A DNA stretch of 64,000 nucleotides from Candidatus Bipolaricaulota bacterium (GTDB taxonomy: Bacteria > Bipolaricaulota > Bipolaricaulia > UBA7950 > UBA9294). Made by a program: the position numbers and the translations under genes. Positions within the stretch are counted from its first letter, which is position 1. The number at the start of each line of letters is the position of its first letter. Shown piece by piece: positions 29,545 through 39,458 of the stretch. The stretch lies in assembly GCA_040752575.1 (NCBI GenBank), contig JBFMGK010000043.1, forward strand, positions 1 through 64,000, given 5' to 3'. The notes beneath the pieces were generated by a model. That model was given only the letters and a program-made list of their open reading frames with translations, searched no databases and was not told the DNA's origin.

Positions 29545-30843
29545 GTGAAGGGTCGGCAGAAGTGCTGTGCCGTCGGGATTGCGGTTCTTGTGCTCGGATT
29601 CTCCGGCTGCGGGTGGCCTTGGCCGGAGGTGCCTAGCGACGATTCGCTCGTCCAGTCGAGGATGGATCGGGATCTCGATCCCGACGTGAGTGCAAGCCAA
29701 GCGGGAATCCTTGCGGAGGGCAACGCGGCGTTCGCCTTCAACCTGTACTCGAGAGTCGCGAAAGATGACGGCAACGTCATCTTCTCTCCCTTCAGCCTGT
29801 CGCTGGCCCTCGCGATGACGTCGGCCGGAGCCCGCGATGCTACGCTCACTCAGATGGAAGCGGCCCTCCAATTCCGTCTTCCGCAGATTGTGCTGCACAA
29901 GGCGTTCAACGCAGTCGACCTTGCCCTGGCGTCGCGGAACGAACTCGCAGCTCCTTACGAGGGAGAGGGGTTCGAGTTGATCATCGCCAACTCGCTATGG
30001 GGGCAACGCGGGCTTCCGTTCCTAGAGACCTTTCTGGACACACTCGCAGCCAACTACGGCGCCGGACTACGGCTCGCCGACTTCTCGGCGGATCCGGAAG
30101 AGGCTCGCTTCAGGATTAACAACTGGGTCAGCGGCATGACTCGCGGGAAGATCGAGGACCTCGTGCCGCAAGGCGCAGTGGACAAGCTTACGCGTCTTGT
30201 CCTGGCCAACGCCGTCTACTTCCGAGCTCCGTGGCTCGATCCCTTCGACCAGCAGGACACGAGCTCCGAGACCTTCCTTCCGCTCTCTGGCGCCCCAATC
30301 TCGGTTCCGATGATGCACAAGACGTTGACGGCGCGGTACGCGAACGTCGATCGCGTCCAGGCAATTGAACTCCCGTACAACGGGAATCAGCTCGCCATGC
30401 TCCTTCTCGTCCCCGATGCTGGGACGCTGACCTCGTTCGAGAACGCTCTCGATGACGACACGTACCGTACCATCGTGACGGGCCTCTCGACTCGCCCGGT
30501 CTATCTCGCGATGCCCAAGTTCAAGTTCGACCATGCGCTTTCGCCAACCGTCTTGCTTCAGGGTCTCGGCATGGTCGATGCGTTCGATCCTTCGTTGGCC
30601 AACTTCTCGGGCATCGACGGAGCGCGCGACCTCTACATCTCTGACGTCTTCCACAAGGCGTTCATCGCCGTGGACGAGGATGGAACCGAGGCCGCCGCGG
30701 CGACGGCCGTCGTCATCGCGCCGACGTCGGCACCCGGCAGCGCGGTGACGCTCACGGTGAACCGCCCGTTCCTCTTCGTGATCCGAGACCTGCCGACGGA
30801 CACGATCCTATTCCTCGGGCGCGTCGTCGACCCGCGCGGATAG
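29545..30843 (+). CDS. Serpin (serine protease inhibitor), probable lipoprotein
   Basis: NVIFSPFS, LANAVYF..W, hinge EDGTEAAAATA, NRPFLFVI..ILFLGRV; lipobox-like FSGC. Confidence 0.93.
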   Translation: MKGRQKCCAVGIAVLVLGFSGCGWPWPEVPSDDSLVQSRMDRDLDPDVSASQAGILAEGNAAFAFNLYSRVAKDDGNVIFSPFSLSLALAMTSAGARDATLTQMEAALQFRLPQIVLHKAFNAVDLALASRNELAAPYEGEGFELIIANSLWGQRGLPFLETFLDTLAANYGAGLRLADFSADPEEARFRINNWVSGMTRGKIEDLVPQGAVDKLTRLVLANAVYFRAPWLDPFDQQDTSSETFLPLSGAPISVPMMHKTLTARYANVDRVQAIELPYNGNQLAMLLLVPDAGTLTSFENALDDDTYRTIVTGLSTRPVYLAMPKFKFDHALSPTVLLQGLGMVDAFDPSLANFSGIDGARDLYISDVFHKAFIAVDEDGTEAAAATAVVIAPTSAPGSAVTLTVNRPFLFVIRDLPTDTILFLGRVVDPRG

Positions 30844-30958
30844 CGAGGCACGAATCGCCCAAGGGTGGAAACCGCTCGAGAGGGGGAAGGGAGCAGCCAT
30901 ATCGCACGACCATCGGGCGATTCGTAGATCGCATCGAGCATCTCACGTTCGGACCCTC

Positions 30959-31417
30959 TTGGCCGGGCTGGCCGGCGGGGCCGCGATGAACGCCGTGATG
31001 TTCATCACGTTCCAGATGCTGGGGTTCGGGATCGACGGCGGCGGGATCCTGATGAATCCTGCCATCCAGAGCGACAAAGTGATCCAAGTCTGGGACGTGC
31101 TTGAGCCGCTGCCGCTCGTCGTCACCAGACCGGTGCCAATTCTCGTCGGCATCTTCTTGTTCGGCATCGCCCACGCGTACTTCTACCGGTCCTTCCGACT
31201 CGCATGGCGTGCTGGGGTTGCCTGGCGCGGGCTCGCGCTTGCGTCCCTCGTCTTCGTGATGACGTTCTTGTTCTGGGAGTTCTTCACTCCGTTCAACCTG
31301 TTCGGAGAGCCGCTGCCCCTGATTGCGCTTGAACTTGCTTTCTGGACTCTGATTGCCCTTGCCGACGGCTTCGCCATCGCTGCCGTGATGGAGCGCGGTC
31401 TCTCTCGCCCTTCCTAG
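30959..31417 (+). CDS. Hypothetical multi-pass membrane protein
   Basis: Four hydrophobic segments; start uncertain. Confidence 0.65.
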   Translation: MAGLAGGAAMNAVMFITFQMLGFGIDGGGILMNPAIQSDKVIQVWDVLEPLPLVVTRPVPILVGIFLFGIAHAYFYRSFRLAWRAGVAWRGLALASLVFVMTFLFWEFFTPFNLFGEPLPLIALELAFWTLIALADGFAIAAVMERGLSRPS

Positions 31418-33414
31418 CTGCGGTGCGCGGGAAGTCCGTCGCTAGCGGCCGGCGGCGTATCGACAGTCGACGGCGCAGAGCTTGGCGCGAGTCGAGTCTC
31501 GAACCAGGCGGCGATCTCCTCGAGCCGCCGCACGCGGTGCTTGGGTTTGCCGGATCGAGACAGCTCGTGGTTCTCCTCGCGAAACATCACGAGGCGCGCG
31601 TCGACACCGTGGTACCGGAGCGCGGTGAACATCTGAATCCCTTCCGGCAGCGTGCAGCGGTAATCCTGCTCGGAATGGATGAACAGGGTCGGCGTCTTCA
31701 CGCGATCGGCATAGCGAAGCGGCGAGTGCCACCACAGCTTCTCCCCGGCATCCGACCACGGCGTCTCGCCGATCTGGTCGTGGTTGAAGAAGTACCCGAT
31801 GTCGGTGGAGCAGAACTTGTGCACCCAGTTGGAGATGGACCGCTGGGAGACCGCGGCGCGAAAGCGGTCCGTATGCCCGATGATCCAGTTGGTCATGAAG
31901 CCGCCATAGGAGCCGCCCATCACCGCAAGTCGCGCCGGATCGAGGAAGGCGAAACGCCGCAGCGCCTCGTCGACCACCGCCATCAGGTCGTCGAAGTCGA
32001 TCGTCCCGTACTTGCCGCGAAGGTCCGCGAACGCATCGCTCCGGCCGGACGAGCCGCGCGGGTTGGACACCACCACGGCGTACCCCTTGCCGGCGAGAAC
32101 CTGAGTCTCGTGAAAGAAGACGCTGCTCGAAGCGGTCCGCGGACCGCCGTGGATGGAGAGCACGAGAGGAACGCGATGAGAAGGCCCGATGTCTGCAGGC
32201 GGAAAGACCCAGGCCTCGACCTCGGTCCCGTCCGACGAAGTCGCTGTGAACGGGATCGGCTCCGAGATCGCGCGCTCGTGTAGCGCATCCTGGTTCAGCG
32301 CCGTGAGGCGCGACGCGCGGGCCCCTTCGTAGAGGTAGATCTCCTGAGGTGTTCCGGGCCGCAACTCAACGGTCAGGGTTGTCCCGCCGCGAACCGCGTA
32401 GGCATCGATCGATCCCGGCGAGGCAACCATTGTCTGGACGACGCCATCGCGAGACACCCTCACCAGCTCAACGTGCGATCGATTCGTGACGGTCACGTAG
32501 ATCGCGTCGCCCTCGACCCGCAGGACCGGCCCCGCGCCATGGCGGCAGTCCGACCCAATCGAGTTGCCGATGGAGCGATCCCAGTTCGGAGTGAGCGGCG
32601 ACGAAACTCCGCTCTCGAGGTTCAACAGGAAGAGCTCGCGGTTCTGCCCGAGACCGTAGGGAACGCCCGTCGTTCCCGTGAGCACGAGCGTCCTTTCGTC
32701 GCAGAACCGAACGCCGTCGCAACGCAGATCCCCGAGGCTCACCCGATGTCGCTCGCTGCCGTCGACTCGCGTCGTCCACAGCTCGCGTTCGATCGGCGCG
32801 ACTCCGGAGAACCGGCGACCGAGCAGCACCACGCGATCGCCACGGACATCGAACGACTCGACCTCGATCTCGGGCTCGGTGAGGTCGACGGGAACGGCCG
32901 CGGCAAGATCGAACGAGAACACGTGCTTGCGGCGACGATCGGTGAACCCGGTCCCGTTCATCCAGAAAGGGATCTCTTCGAGGACTTCGTAGTCCTTGGC
33001 ATCGTTGCGGGTCGGCTCGCCCGACTGGGGAAGGCGGGCGGTGTAGAGGAAGCGGCCCCCGCCGAGGGCGCGAAGCCCGTCGGCTTTGTGGGGAAGCGTC
33101 GCGATCTGCTCTGCCTCGCCTCCATCCACGCGGATCTGGAAGAGGGCCATCTTGCCCTCCACTTCTACACGGCGACTCAAGAAGAAGACCACAGGACCCT
33201 CTGGATCCCATGCGAAGTCCCCATCCTTGCCGCTCCCGGTAAGCGCGCGAACGCTCCGTCGCTCGACATCCACGAGAAACAGATTCGATGAGTACTCGTT
33301 TTTCTCTGCGTCGGCCTGCTTGACAAGGAACGCAGCGTGTTCGCCGGCGGGCGAGAGCTCGACGGACGAGAGGAATCGATACAAGAGCAGATCCGAGATC
33401 TCGACGGGCTTCAT
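31414..33414 (-). CDS. S9 family acylaminoacyl/prolyl oligopeptidase
   Basis: IHGGP, NPRGS, GGSYGG, EQDYRC, ENHELSRSG. Confidence 0.95.
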   Translation of the reverse strand: MKPVEISDLLLYRFLSSVELSPAGEHAAFLVKQADAEKNEYSSNLFLVDVERRSVRALTGSGKDGDFAWDPEGPVVFFLSRRVEVEGKMALFQIRVDGGEAEQIATLPHKADGLRALGGGRFLYTARLPQSGEPTRNDAKDYEVLEEIPFWMNGTGFTDRRRKHVFSFDLAAAVPVDLTEPEIEVESFDVRGDRVVLLGRRFSGVAPIERELWTTRVDGSERHRVSLGDLRCDGVRFCDERTLVLTGTTGVPYGLGQNRELFLLNLESGVSSPLTPNWDRSIGNSIGSDCRHGAGPVLRVEGDAIYVTVTNRSHVELVRVSRDGVVQTMVASPGSIDAYAVRGGTTLTVELRPGTPQEIYLYEGARASRLTALNQDALHERAISEPIPFTATSSDGTEVEAWVFPPADIGPSHRVPLVLSIHGGPRTASSSVFFHETQVLAGKGYAVVVSNPRGSSGRSDAFADLRGKYGTIDFDDLMAVVDEALRRFAFLDPARLAVMGGSYGGFMTNWIIGHTDRFRAAVSQRSISNWVHKFCSTDIGYFFNHDQIGETPWSDAGEKLWWHSPLRYADRVKTPTLFIHSEQDYRCTLPEGIQMFTALRYHGVDARLVMFREENHELSRSGKPKHRVRRLEEIAAWFETRLAPSSAPSTVDTPPAASDGLPAHRS

Positions 33415-33516
33415 CGCACCTCCTGAGGACAAGCAGAGACAAGCACCAGCGCCCCCCTCGCGAAGTCTACTCCGTTGCACTGCGGCCTTCTCACGAAGCC
33501 GTACCTCGGAGTCCTT

Positions 33517-34278
33517 CTACGCCTCCTCCGAGTCGACCCTCCGGCCGACGGGCGCAACGTAGAGCGCAATCTCTTCCTCTCCGTCAACGCCAATGAAGCG
33601 GTCCAGCTCATCCTGGTCGTAAGCGACGATCGCACACGTCCCGGCGCCGATCGCCTCGCACGCGAGGTAGAGGTTCTGGCAGATGTGGCCGCAGCTCAGG
33701 AGGATGTCCTTCAGGAGGTCCGGTCCGTAGCGCCACTCTGTGCGATAGGGAATCGCCGTCCAGATGAAGCCGATGGCCGCGGAGTCTACGAATGCCTGAC
33801 CGTAGCAGACCTTCCCCAGACTCGCCCGAGGGCGTCCGCCGGGCGCGTCTACGGTAACGAGCGCATGGTCGAGCGGAGCGTAGCGATACAAGCCGGGCGA
33901 CAGCGTGTCGATCCGGCGAACCCAAAGATACGTCTCAAACGGGTGCCGGCATCCGCCGGAGGGCACGTTCCGCATGGCGTATGTCTTCTCGGGGTGGACC
34001 TTCCGAACGCCCTGCGTGGCCCAGAGGAGGAACGAGAGCTCTTCGAGGGTCAGGGCGTCGTCGGCAAAGGTGCGCCGGCTCTCGCGCCGCCGAATTGCCT
34101 CAGCGAGGGGAAGCGTCCCCAACGACACCTCCACAGGGGGGATCAGCGGCACGAGACGCGCCCCCGGCTCGACGGGCTTGGCGAGAGGAGGCGCCGGCAC
34201 GCCCTTCCGTTGATCGCTCGTGAAGGAACGGAGCGCTTTCGGCGACGGGTTCTTGAGATACTTCCGCAGATCGTCCAT
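33517..34278 (-). CDS. SagB/ThcOx-family nitroreductase
   Basis: RRESRR, LSFLLWATQG, PSGGCRHPFETY, GHICQNLYL. Confidence 0.9.
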   Translation of the reverse strand: MDDLRKYLKNPSPKALRSFTSDQRKGVPAPPLAKPVEPGARLVPLIPPVEVSLGTLPLAEAIRRRESRRTFADDALTLEELSFLLWATQGVRKVHPEKTYAMRNVPSGGCRHPFETYLWVRRIDTLSPGLYRYAPLDHALVTVDAPGGRPRASLGKVCYGQAFVDSAAIGFIWTAIPYRTEWRYGPDLLKDILLSCGHICQNLYLACEAIGAGTCAIVAYDQDELDRFIGVDGEEEIALYVAPVGRRVDSEEA

Positions 34279-34381
34279 CGATTCCTCCAATCGCTCGCCG
34301 CATAGGTCACGCTCGCGCCCCATTGCGTTCAACCCGCCGGAAAGGGCGACGTGGGGTTGGGTGCCATGGCCCAGCCGGCCG

Positions 34382-35740
34382 CTAGGGCTCCCACTCGACA
34401 CGCCCGTCGACCATCGTCAAGACGACGTCGATCGACGTCAGGTCGTCGGCCGAGACCTGCAGCGGATCGGCCGATAGCACCACGAGGTCGGCAAGTTTGC
34501 CCGGCTCGAGGGTTCCCAGGTCCCTCTCCTGGTGGAGCATGTACGCCGCTTCGACGGTCATCATCCGCAGTCCCTGCCACGCTGTGAGCAGCTGCGCCTC
34601 GGGAAGCAGGGGGCAGGGCTCCCACGCGGGGTACGAAGCGCTGCGATTGTCGGGCACCAAGAGCGCTTGCAGCCGGAACAGCGGATCGATCGCCTCTTCT
34701 GCAGACCAGGGCCAGTCAGAGTCCGCCGCCACATGCACTCCTGTCGCCAGGAGGTCGGCCCAACGCCGGACAACGTGCTGCATCTCCGGCGCGAGGAGTC
34801 CGCGGTAGAACCCGGCGAAACACGGACTCATGGACTCTATCGCCGCGACGATCCCCAGTTCGGCGTAACGCGGCAGAAGGTCGTCGCGGAGAAAGAGGTT
34901 GTGCATCACCGTGTTTCGCAGCGTGTTCGGCCCCCCGTCGAGGGCGCCTTCGATCGCGTCCAGCGACAGCTCGATGCCGGCGTCTCCGATGGCGTGAATC
35001 GCGACGGGGAAACCGCGAGCGTTGGCCTGCCGGATGGCTGCGGTGAACGCCGCCTCGGTGAACAAGGGCCGGTTTCCACCGTAGTTCGCCTGCCCCTCCG
35101 GTGTCAGGTACGCGGCCAGCGCCGGGCTGAACGACACCCCGATCCGGCGGTCGCCGCACACGGACGTCTCGGAGAAGAACTTGACGCCCCCTATGCGCAG
35201 GCGCGGAGCCAGCTCGACCAGCGGCTCGTACGCCGCATACCAGTCGCCGAGGACGTCTCCGCAGCTCGTGTTGTAGACGAGGTAGAGGCTGAATCGCACG
35301 CGCAGATCGCCGGCACGCGCCATGCGGAGGCAATCCTCGACGAGGTCGCGCGTTGTGTACATGTTCGCCGCGCAGGTGATCCCATGCCGAAGTGCGAGAG
35401 CCTGAGCGTCGTAGAGCGACATCTGCAACTGCCACGCGTCGTTGAGGAGGTGTGTATGGGGATCGATGAAGCCGGGATAGACAGCTCGCCCCGCCAGATC
35501 GACGCGCCGCGTGTCCGGCCCGCTGAGCGCCAGCACCTCGGCGTCGCTCCCGACTCGGAGGATCCGGTTCCCCGAGACGGCGAGAGCCTCGTGGATGTCC
35601 TCGGGCGAGGTCATCGTGACCACGCGCCCGCCGACGAAGACAACGTCGGCAAAATCCCCCATCGCCAGGAGCGGCGACGCCGCGCTGATCGCCAGGAGGA
35701 GGAACCCTCCGAGGCCCGTCAGAATGCGGTGCGTTTTCAT
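34382..35740 (-). CDS. Amidohydrolase (Amidohydro_3), secreted
   Basis: PGFIDPHTH, HAIGD, DSDWP, GTLEPGKLADLVVL; signal peptide. Confidence 0.9.
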   Translation of the reverse strand: MKTHRILTGLGGFLLLAISAASPLLAMGDFADVVFVGGRVVTMTSPEDIHEALAVSGNRILRVGSDAEVLALSGPDTRRVDLAGRAVYPGFIDPHTHLLNDAWQLQMSLYDAQALALRHGITCAANMYTTRDLVEDCLRMARAGDLRVRFSLYLVYNTSCGDVLGDWYAAYEPLVELAPRLRIGGVKFFSETSVCGDRRIGVSFSPALAAYLTPEGQANYGGNRPLFTEAAFTAAIRQANARGFPVAIHAIGDAGIELSLDAIEGALDGGPNTLRNTVMHNLFLRDDLLPRYAELGIVAAIESMSPCFAGFYRGLLAPEMQHVVRRWADLLATGVHVAADSDWPWSAEEAIDPLFRLQALLVPDNRSASYPAWEPCPLLPEAQLLTAWQGLRMMTVEAAYMLHQERDLGTLEPGKLADLVVLSADPLQVSADDLTSIDVVLTMVDGRVEWEP

Positions 35741-35927
35741 AGGGCCACAATCTAGCGCGCGGCAGACGACGTGCCAAGCCGTACGATCCGCCACGCGTCG
35801 ATCGCCCCGACGCCCATCGGGAGGTCCGGACGGCCGCTGTTCGCGTCGCATCGTGTACACTCGCCGCACTTCACGGCGTCGCCCGCGCGGCGACAGCGCT
35901 GCTCTTCCGGCGGCACAAGGAGGACCG

Positions 35928-37418
35928 TTGAACACGCTGACCGCTTACCGGAACCACCTGGGAGAGATGAGCAAGTACGCCTCGGCGTTGAGCCTGCTCA
36001 ACTGGGATCAGCACACGAACATGCCCCCCAAGGGTGCGGAGGCACGCTCCGAGGTCCTCGGCATGCTGTCCAAGAAGCTGTTTGAGCTTCTCGTTTCAGA
36101 GGACCTTGCGGGATACCTGGCCTGCCTTCGCAAGGCCGACGGATTGAGCCAGGTCGAGCAGGCCAGCGTCTACCGCATTGGCAAGGAGCACCAGAGGAAC
36201 CGAGCGATTCCGGCCGAGTTCGTGGAAGAGCGCAGCATCGCCCAATCCCAAGCGCAGGGCGCGTGGGTGGAAGCACGCAAGGCTTCGAAGTTCTCGGTCT
36301 TTGAGCCCCACTTGAAGAAGATGGTCGACTTCGCGCGTCGGGTCGCCGACTACTACGGCTACGACGAGCATCCATACGACGCGCTCCTCGAGGAGTTCGA
36401 GCCGGGGATGACGTGCAAGAAGCTTCAGGCGATCATCGACCCTCTGCGCGCCGAACTTGTGCCCTTCCTGCGCCAGTTGATGGAGCGGGGGAAACACCCA
36501 GAGGTGAACCTGCCCAAGGGGCCTTTTGATGCCGAGAGGCAGCGGCAGCTCTGTCGGCGCGCGCTCGAGGTGATCGGCTACGACTTCGCGGCCGGCGGCC
36601 TCGCCGACGTTGCGCATCCGTTCACGATCACCGTGGCGCCGGGCGACGTTCGGGTGACCAACCGCTATGACGAGAGTGACATCCTGCCCGCCCTGTTCGG
36701 AGCCCTGCACGAAGGCGGCCACGCCCTGTACAACCAGGGCATGGGCGCGGAGCTCCATCTTCTGGGTCTTGGCCAGGGCTCTTCGAACGGCATCCACGAG
36801 TCGCAGTCGCGGATGATCGAGAACCAGGTTGGGCGAAGTCTGCCCTTCTGGTCATTCTTCCAACCCATTCTCTCCGAGCAGTTCCCCGCCTTCCGGAACG
36901 TGACCCCCCAAGACCTCTTCGCTGCGGCAAACGTGGTGGCTCCGTCGTTGATCCGCGTCAACGCCGACGAGGTGACGTACAACTTCCACATCATGCTTCG
37001 CTTCGAGATCGAGGCCGGCCTGCTCGACGGATCGATCGAAGTGGCCGAGCTGCCAAGGCTCTGGAACGAGGCCATGGATCGATACCTTGGTGTTGTTCCG
37101 CCCAACGACGCCCTTGGCGTCCTGCAGGACGTCCACTGGTCGCTCGGCGCGTTCGGCTACTTCCCATCCTACATGCTGGGGAATCTCTACGCCGCGCAGA
37201 TTCACGCCGCCCTGCGCCGGGCACTCCCGACGCTCGACGCTTCGGTCGCGCGCGGCGAGATCGCCCCGCTCGTCGACTGGTTGCGCGAGCACGTCCACCG
37301 GCACGGGGCCGTCTACGAGCCTCAGGAACTCATCGGCAAGATCACCGGCGAGGAACCGGATGCCTCGTACTTCGTGCGCTACGTGAAGGAAAAGTACGGC
37401 GCGCTGTACGGGCTGTAG
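35928..37418 (+). CDS. Carboxypeptidase M32 (Taq-type)
   Basis: HPF, HEGGH, HESQSR, IRVNADE, LQDVHW, GYFPSY; AGGAGG-TTG start. Confidence 0.95.
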   Translation: MNTLTAYRNHLGEMSKYASALSLLNWDQHTNMPPKGAEARSEVLGMLSKKLFELLVSEDLAGYLACLRKADGLSQVEQASVYRIGKEHQRNRAIPAEFVEERSIAQSQAQGAWVEARKASKFSVFEPHLKKMVDFARRVADYYGYDEHPYDALLEEFEPGMTCKKLQAIIDPLRAELVPFLRQLMERGKHPEVNLPKGPFDAERQRQLCRRALEVIGYDFAAGGLADVAHPFTITVAPGDVRVTNRYDESDILPALFGALHEGGHALYNQGMGAELHLLGLGQGSSNGIHESQSRMIENQVGRSLPFWSFFQPILSEQFPAFRNVTPQDLFAAANVVAPSLIRVNADEVTYNFHIMLRFEIEAGLLDGSIEVAELPRLWNEAMDRYLGVVPPNDALGVLQDVHWSLGAFGYFPSYMLGNLYAAQIHAALRRALPTLDASVARGEIAPLVDWLREHVHRHGAVYEPQELIGKITGEEPDASYFVRYVKEKYGALYGL

Positions 37419-37488
37419 CGAGGCGGGAGACACGCAGCCAGGTCTCCTACGCTCTTCGTCGGTGATGCTCTCCGGCCGGGTCGCTTGG

Positions 37489-38751
37489 CTACGGCCCGAC
37501 GGTCACGGCGAAACTCGCCTCGCCGACGTGTGTCCCGTTGACCGTCGCGCGAACGAGCAACGTGGCCGCTTCCCCGCGTGCGCTGCTCGCAGGCGGCGTC
37601 ACCGCCAACAGGACGTCAAGGGCGCGCGGGGAGCTCGGGTCAAGGATCGGCGAATCGTTGGACAGCGTCGCTCGCCAACCCGCAGGCACTCCGGAGATCG
37701 TGAGCTCGACGACGGTCGGCTCGTCGCAGCGGCCGTCCACCGAAAGGGCCCACGCCACGGTCTCGCCCGCTCCGCAGGTTGCCTCGACGCTCGCCTTGGC
37801 CTCGGGGCGTTCGAGAATCGTGAACGACGTCTGGTGCTCTTCGGAGAACCCCGCTGTCGAGACCCCCTGGCCCTCGCCGAGGTACGCTGTCACGTGCTGA
37901 GGCATCAGGAACGTCGTCGGCACCTCGCCATAAGCAGGCATCCAGTCTGCAGACTCGAACTCGACCCACCCCCAAGACGGGAAGTAGACCGAGATCCAGG
38001 CATGTCCCGCGTGGGACTCCTCGCGATCGACGACGAATCCATGGGCCGCGACGGCCGGGATGCCCGCCGAGCGCAGGAGGGCCAGGACAAGGTTTGCGTA
38101 CGAGACGCAGTTCCCCTTGCCGAGTTCGAGCGTATAGACGGCGTCGACCCGATACACCGGTTCACATAGGTCGGCGCTGCACGCGTAGACCGTGCGCTCG
38201 CAGGCAACCGAGAGAAGACGCGCGACGGCCTCCAGTTCGGTCGCGCAGCCGGCGACGGCGGCGCGAGCCAGCGCGGAGATCGCCGCATCGTCCTTCTGGA
38301 TGCTCTGCGTCGCCCTCAACGCTTCGCGCGGCAACGAAGACGTTACCTTGCGATCGAGCGGATACGGATCGTTCGTGTGCATCGCTCCGTACGTCGCGTC
38401 GCTCACGAGGCGCGTTGTGCGTTCGAAGGTCGTCGAATCGACGAGCTGATTCCAGAAGAACGTCGTCCAGCGGGTGCCCCAACCGTCGGTCTCGGTCCAC
38501 TCGCTCGACGGCGCGAGCGTAGAACCGATCGTCTCACCCAGCACGTCCACCGCATACCACGGCTGGGTCGTCTCCCGCAGCTGCGGCACGGTCGCGGACA
38601 CGCTCCAGTCCGGCTCAAGCATGACGCGGTACACGTAGTCGATCTCCTGGCGGAACGTCCCTTCAAGAACGTACAACCAGGAAGACGAAGCTCCCATCGC
38701 CAGACAGCTGATCGCCATCACGATGAGGGACGCGAGGCCCTTTCGCCGCAT
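37489..38751 (-). CDS. Secreted transglutaminase-like domain protein with C-terminal Ig-like domain
   Basis: GKGNCVSYA..LLRSAGIPA, HAWISVY..WGWVEFE. Confidence 0.85.
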   Translation of the reverse strand: MRRKGLASLIVMAISCLAMGASSSWLYVLEGTFRQEIDYVYRVMLEPDWSVSATVPQLRETTQPWYAVDVLGETIGSTLAPSSEWTETDGWGTRWTTFFWNQLVDSTTFERTTRLVSDATYGAMHTNDPYPLDRKVTSSLPREALRATQSIQKDDAAISALARAAVAGCATELEAVARLLSVACERTVYACSADLCEPVYRVDAVYTLELGKGNCVSYANLVLALLRSAGIPAVAAHGFVVDREESHAGHAWISVYFPSWGWVEFESADWMPAYGEVPTTFLMPQHVTAYLGEGQGVSTAGFSEEHQTSFTILERPEAKASVEATCGAGETVAWALSVDGRCDEPTVVELTISGVPAGWRATLSNDSPILDPSSPRALDVLLAVTPPASSARGEAATLLVRATVNGTHVGEASFAVTVGP

Positions 38752-38804
38752 GAGTCCTCCTCTAGCGCGCCGTCGATCCCGTTGGCCGACCGAATGCCGT
38801 CGAC

Positions 38805-39347
38805 CTACCACCGCTCGTGCCGCACGATCTCTTGGATCGCCCTCCGCGGGCGAGGCGCAGGACGCTGGTCGGAGTAGCCTACGGTGATGACGGCGACGAC
38901 GTACTGCGTCGCGGGGATCCCCAACACGGCGCGGATCTCGTTCTGGGTGAACCACGCGACCCAACAGGTCGCGAGTCCTTCCGCTTCGGCCTGCAGGACG
39001 ATGTGTTCGACCGCGATCGCCGTGTCGCGAATCACGAACTTGACGTCGGGAGCAGGACTCGCTTCCGATACATCGACCCCGTCAGTCTTCTCGAGCCTCC
39101 GACTCACGTCGGCAACGCACACGATGTGCACCGGGGCTTCGGTCATCCATTGCTGATCGTGGCAGACACGGGCGAGGGCCTCGCGCCTCTCGCGACCGCG
39201 AACAACGACGAAGCTCCACGGCTGCTTGTTCGATGCCGAAGGAGCCAGGCGGGCGCTCTCGAGAAGCTCAAGAATCTGCGCGTCGTCGACCTCGCGGGAC
39301 AGGTAGCTGCGCACACTGCGTCGCTCGCGAATCGCTTCGAGAACCAT
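38805..39347 (-). CDS. Nitroreductase
   Basis: RRSVRSY, APSASNKQPW, GLATCW. Confidence 0.92.
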   Translation of the reverse strand: MVLEAIRERRSVRSYLSREVDDAQILELLESARLAPSASNKQPWSFVVVRGRERREALARVCHDQQWMTEAPVHIVCVADVSRRLEKTDGVDVSEASPAPDVKFVIRDTAIAVEHIVLQAEAEGLATCWVAWFTQNEIRAVLGIPATQYVVAVITVGYSDQRPAPRPRRAIQEIVRHERW

Positions 39348-39458
39348 GGCCCTCCTCTCGGACGCTGGACAATGCCAAGGTAGCCTAGGGGATTGCGTGC
39401 GGTCAAGGACCGCTCGGCTCGGCAGCCGCGCCTCGAAGGCAGGGTCCCGACATCGCGG

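Noticed and set aside
33517..34278. Thiazole/oxazole RiPP cluster suggested by the SagB-type dehydrogenase
   Set aside because: No YcaO, E1-like protein or Cys/Ser-rich precursor nearby; stand-alone SagB-like nitroreductases are common.
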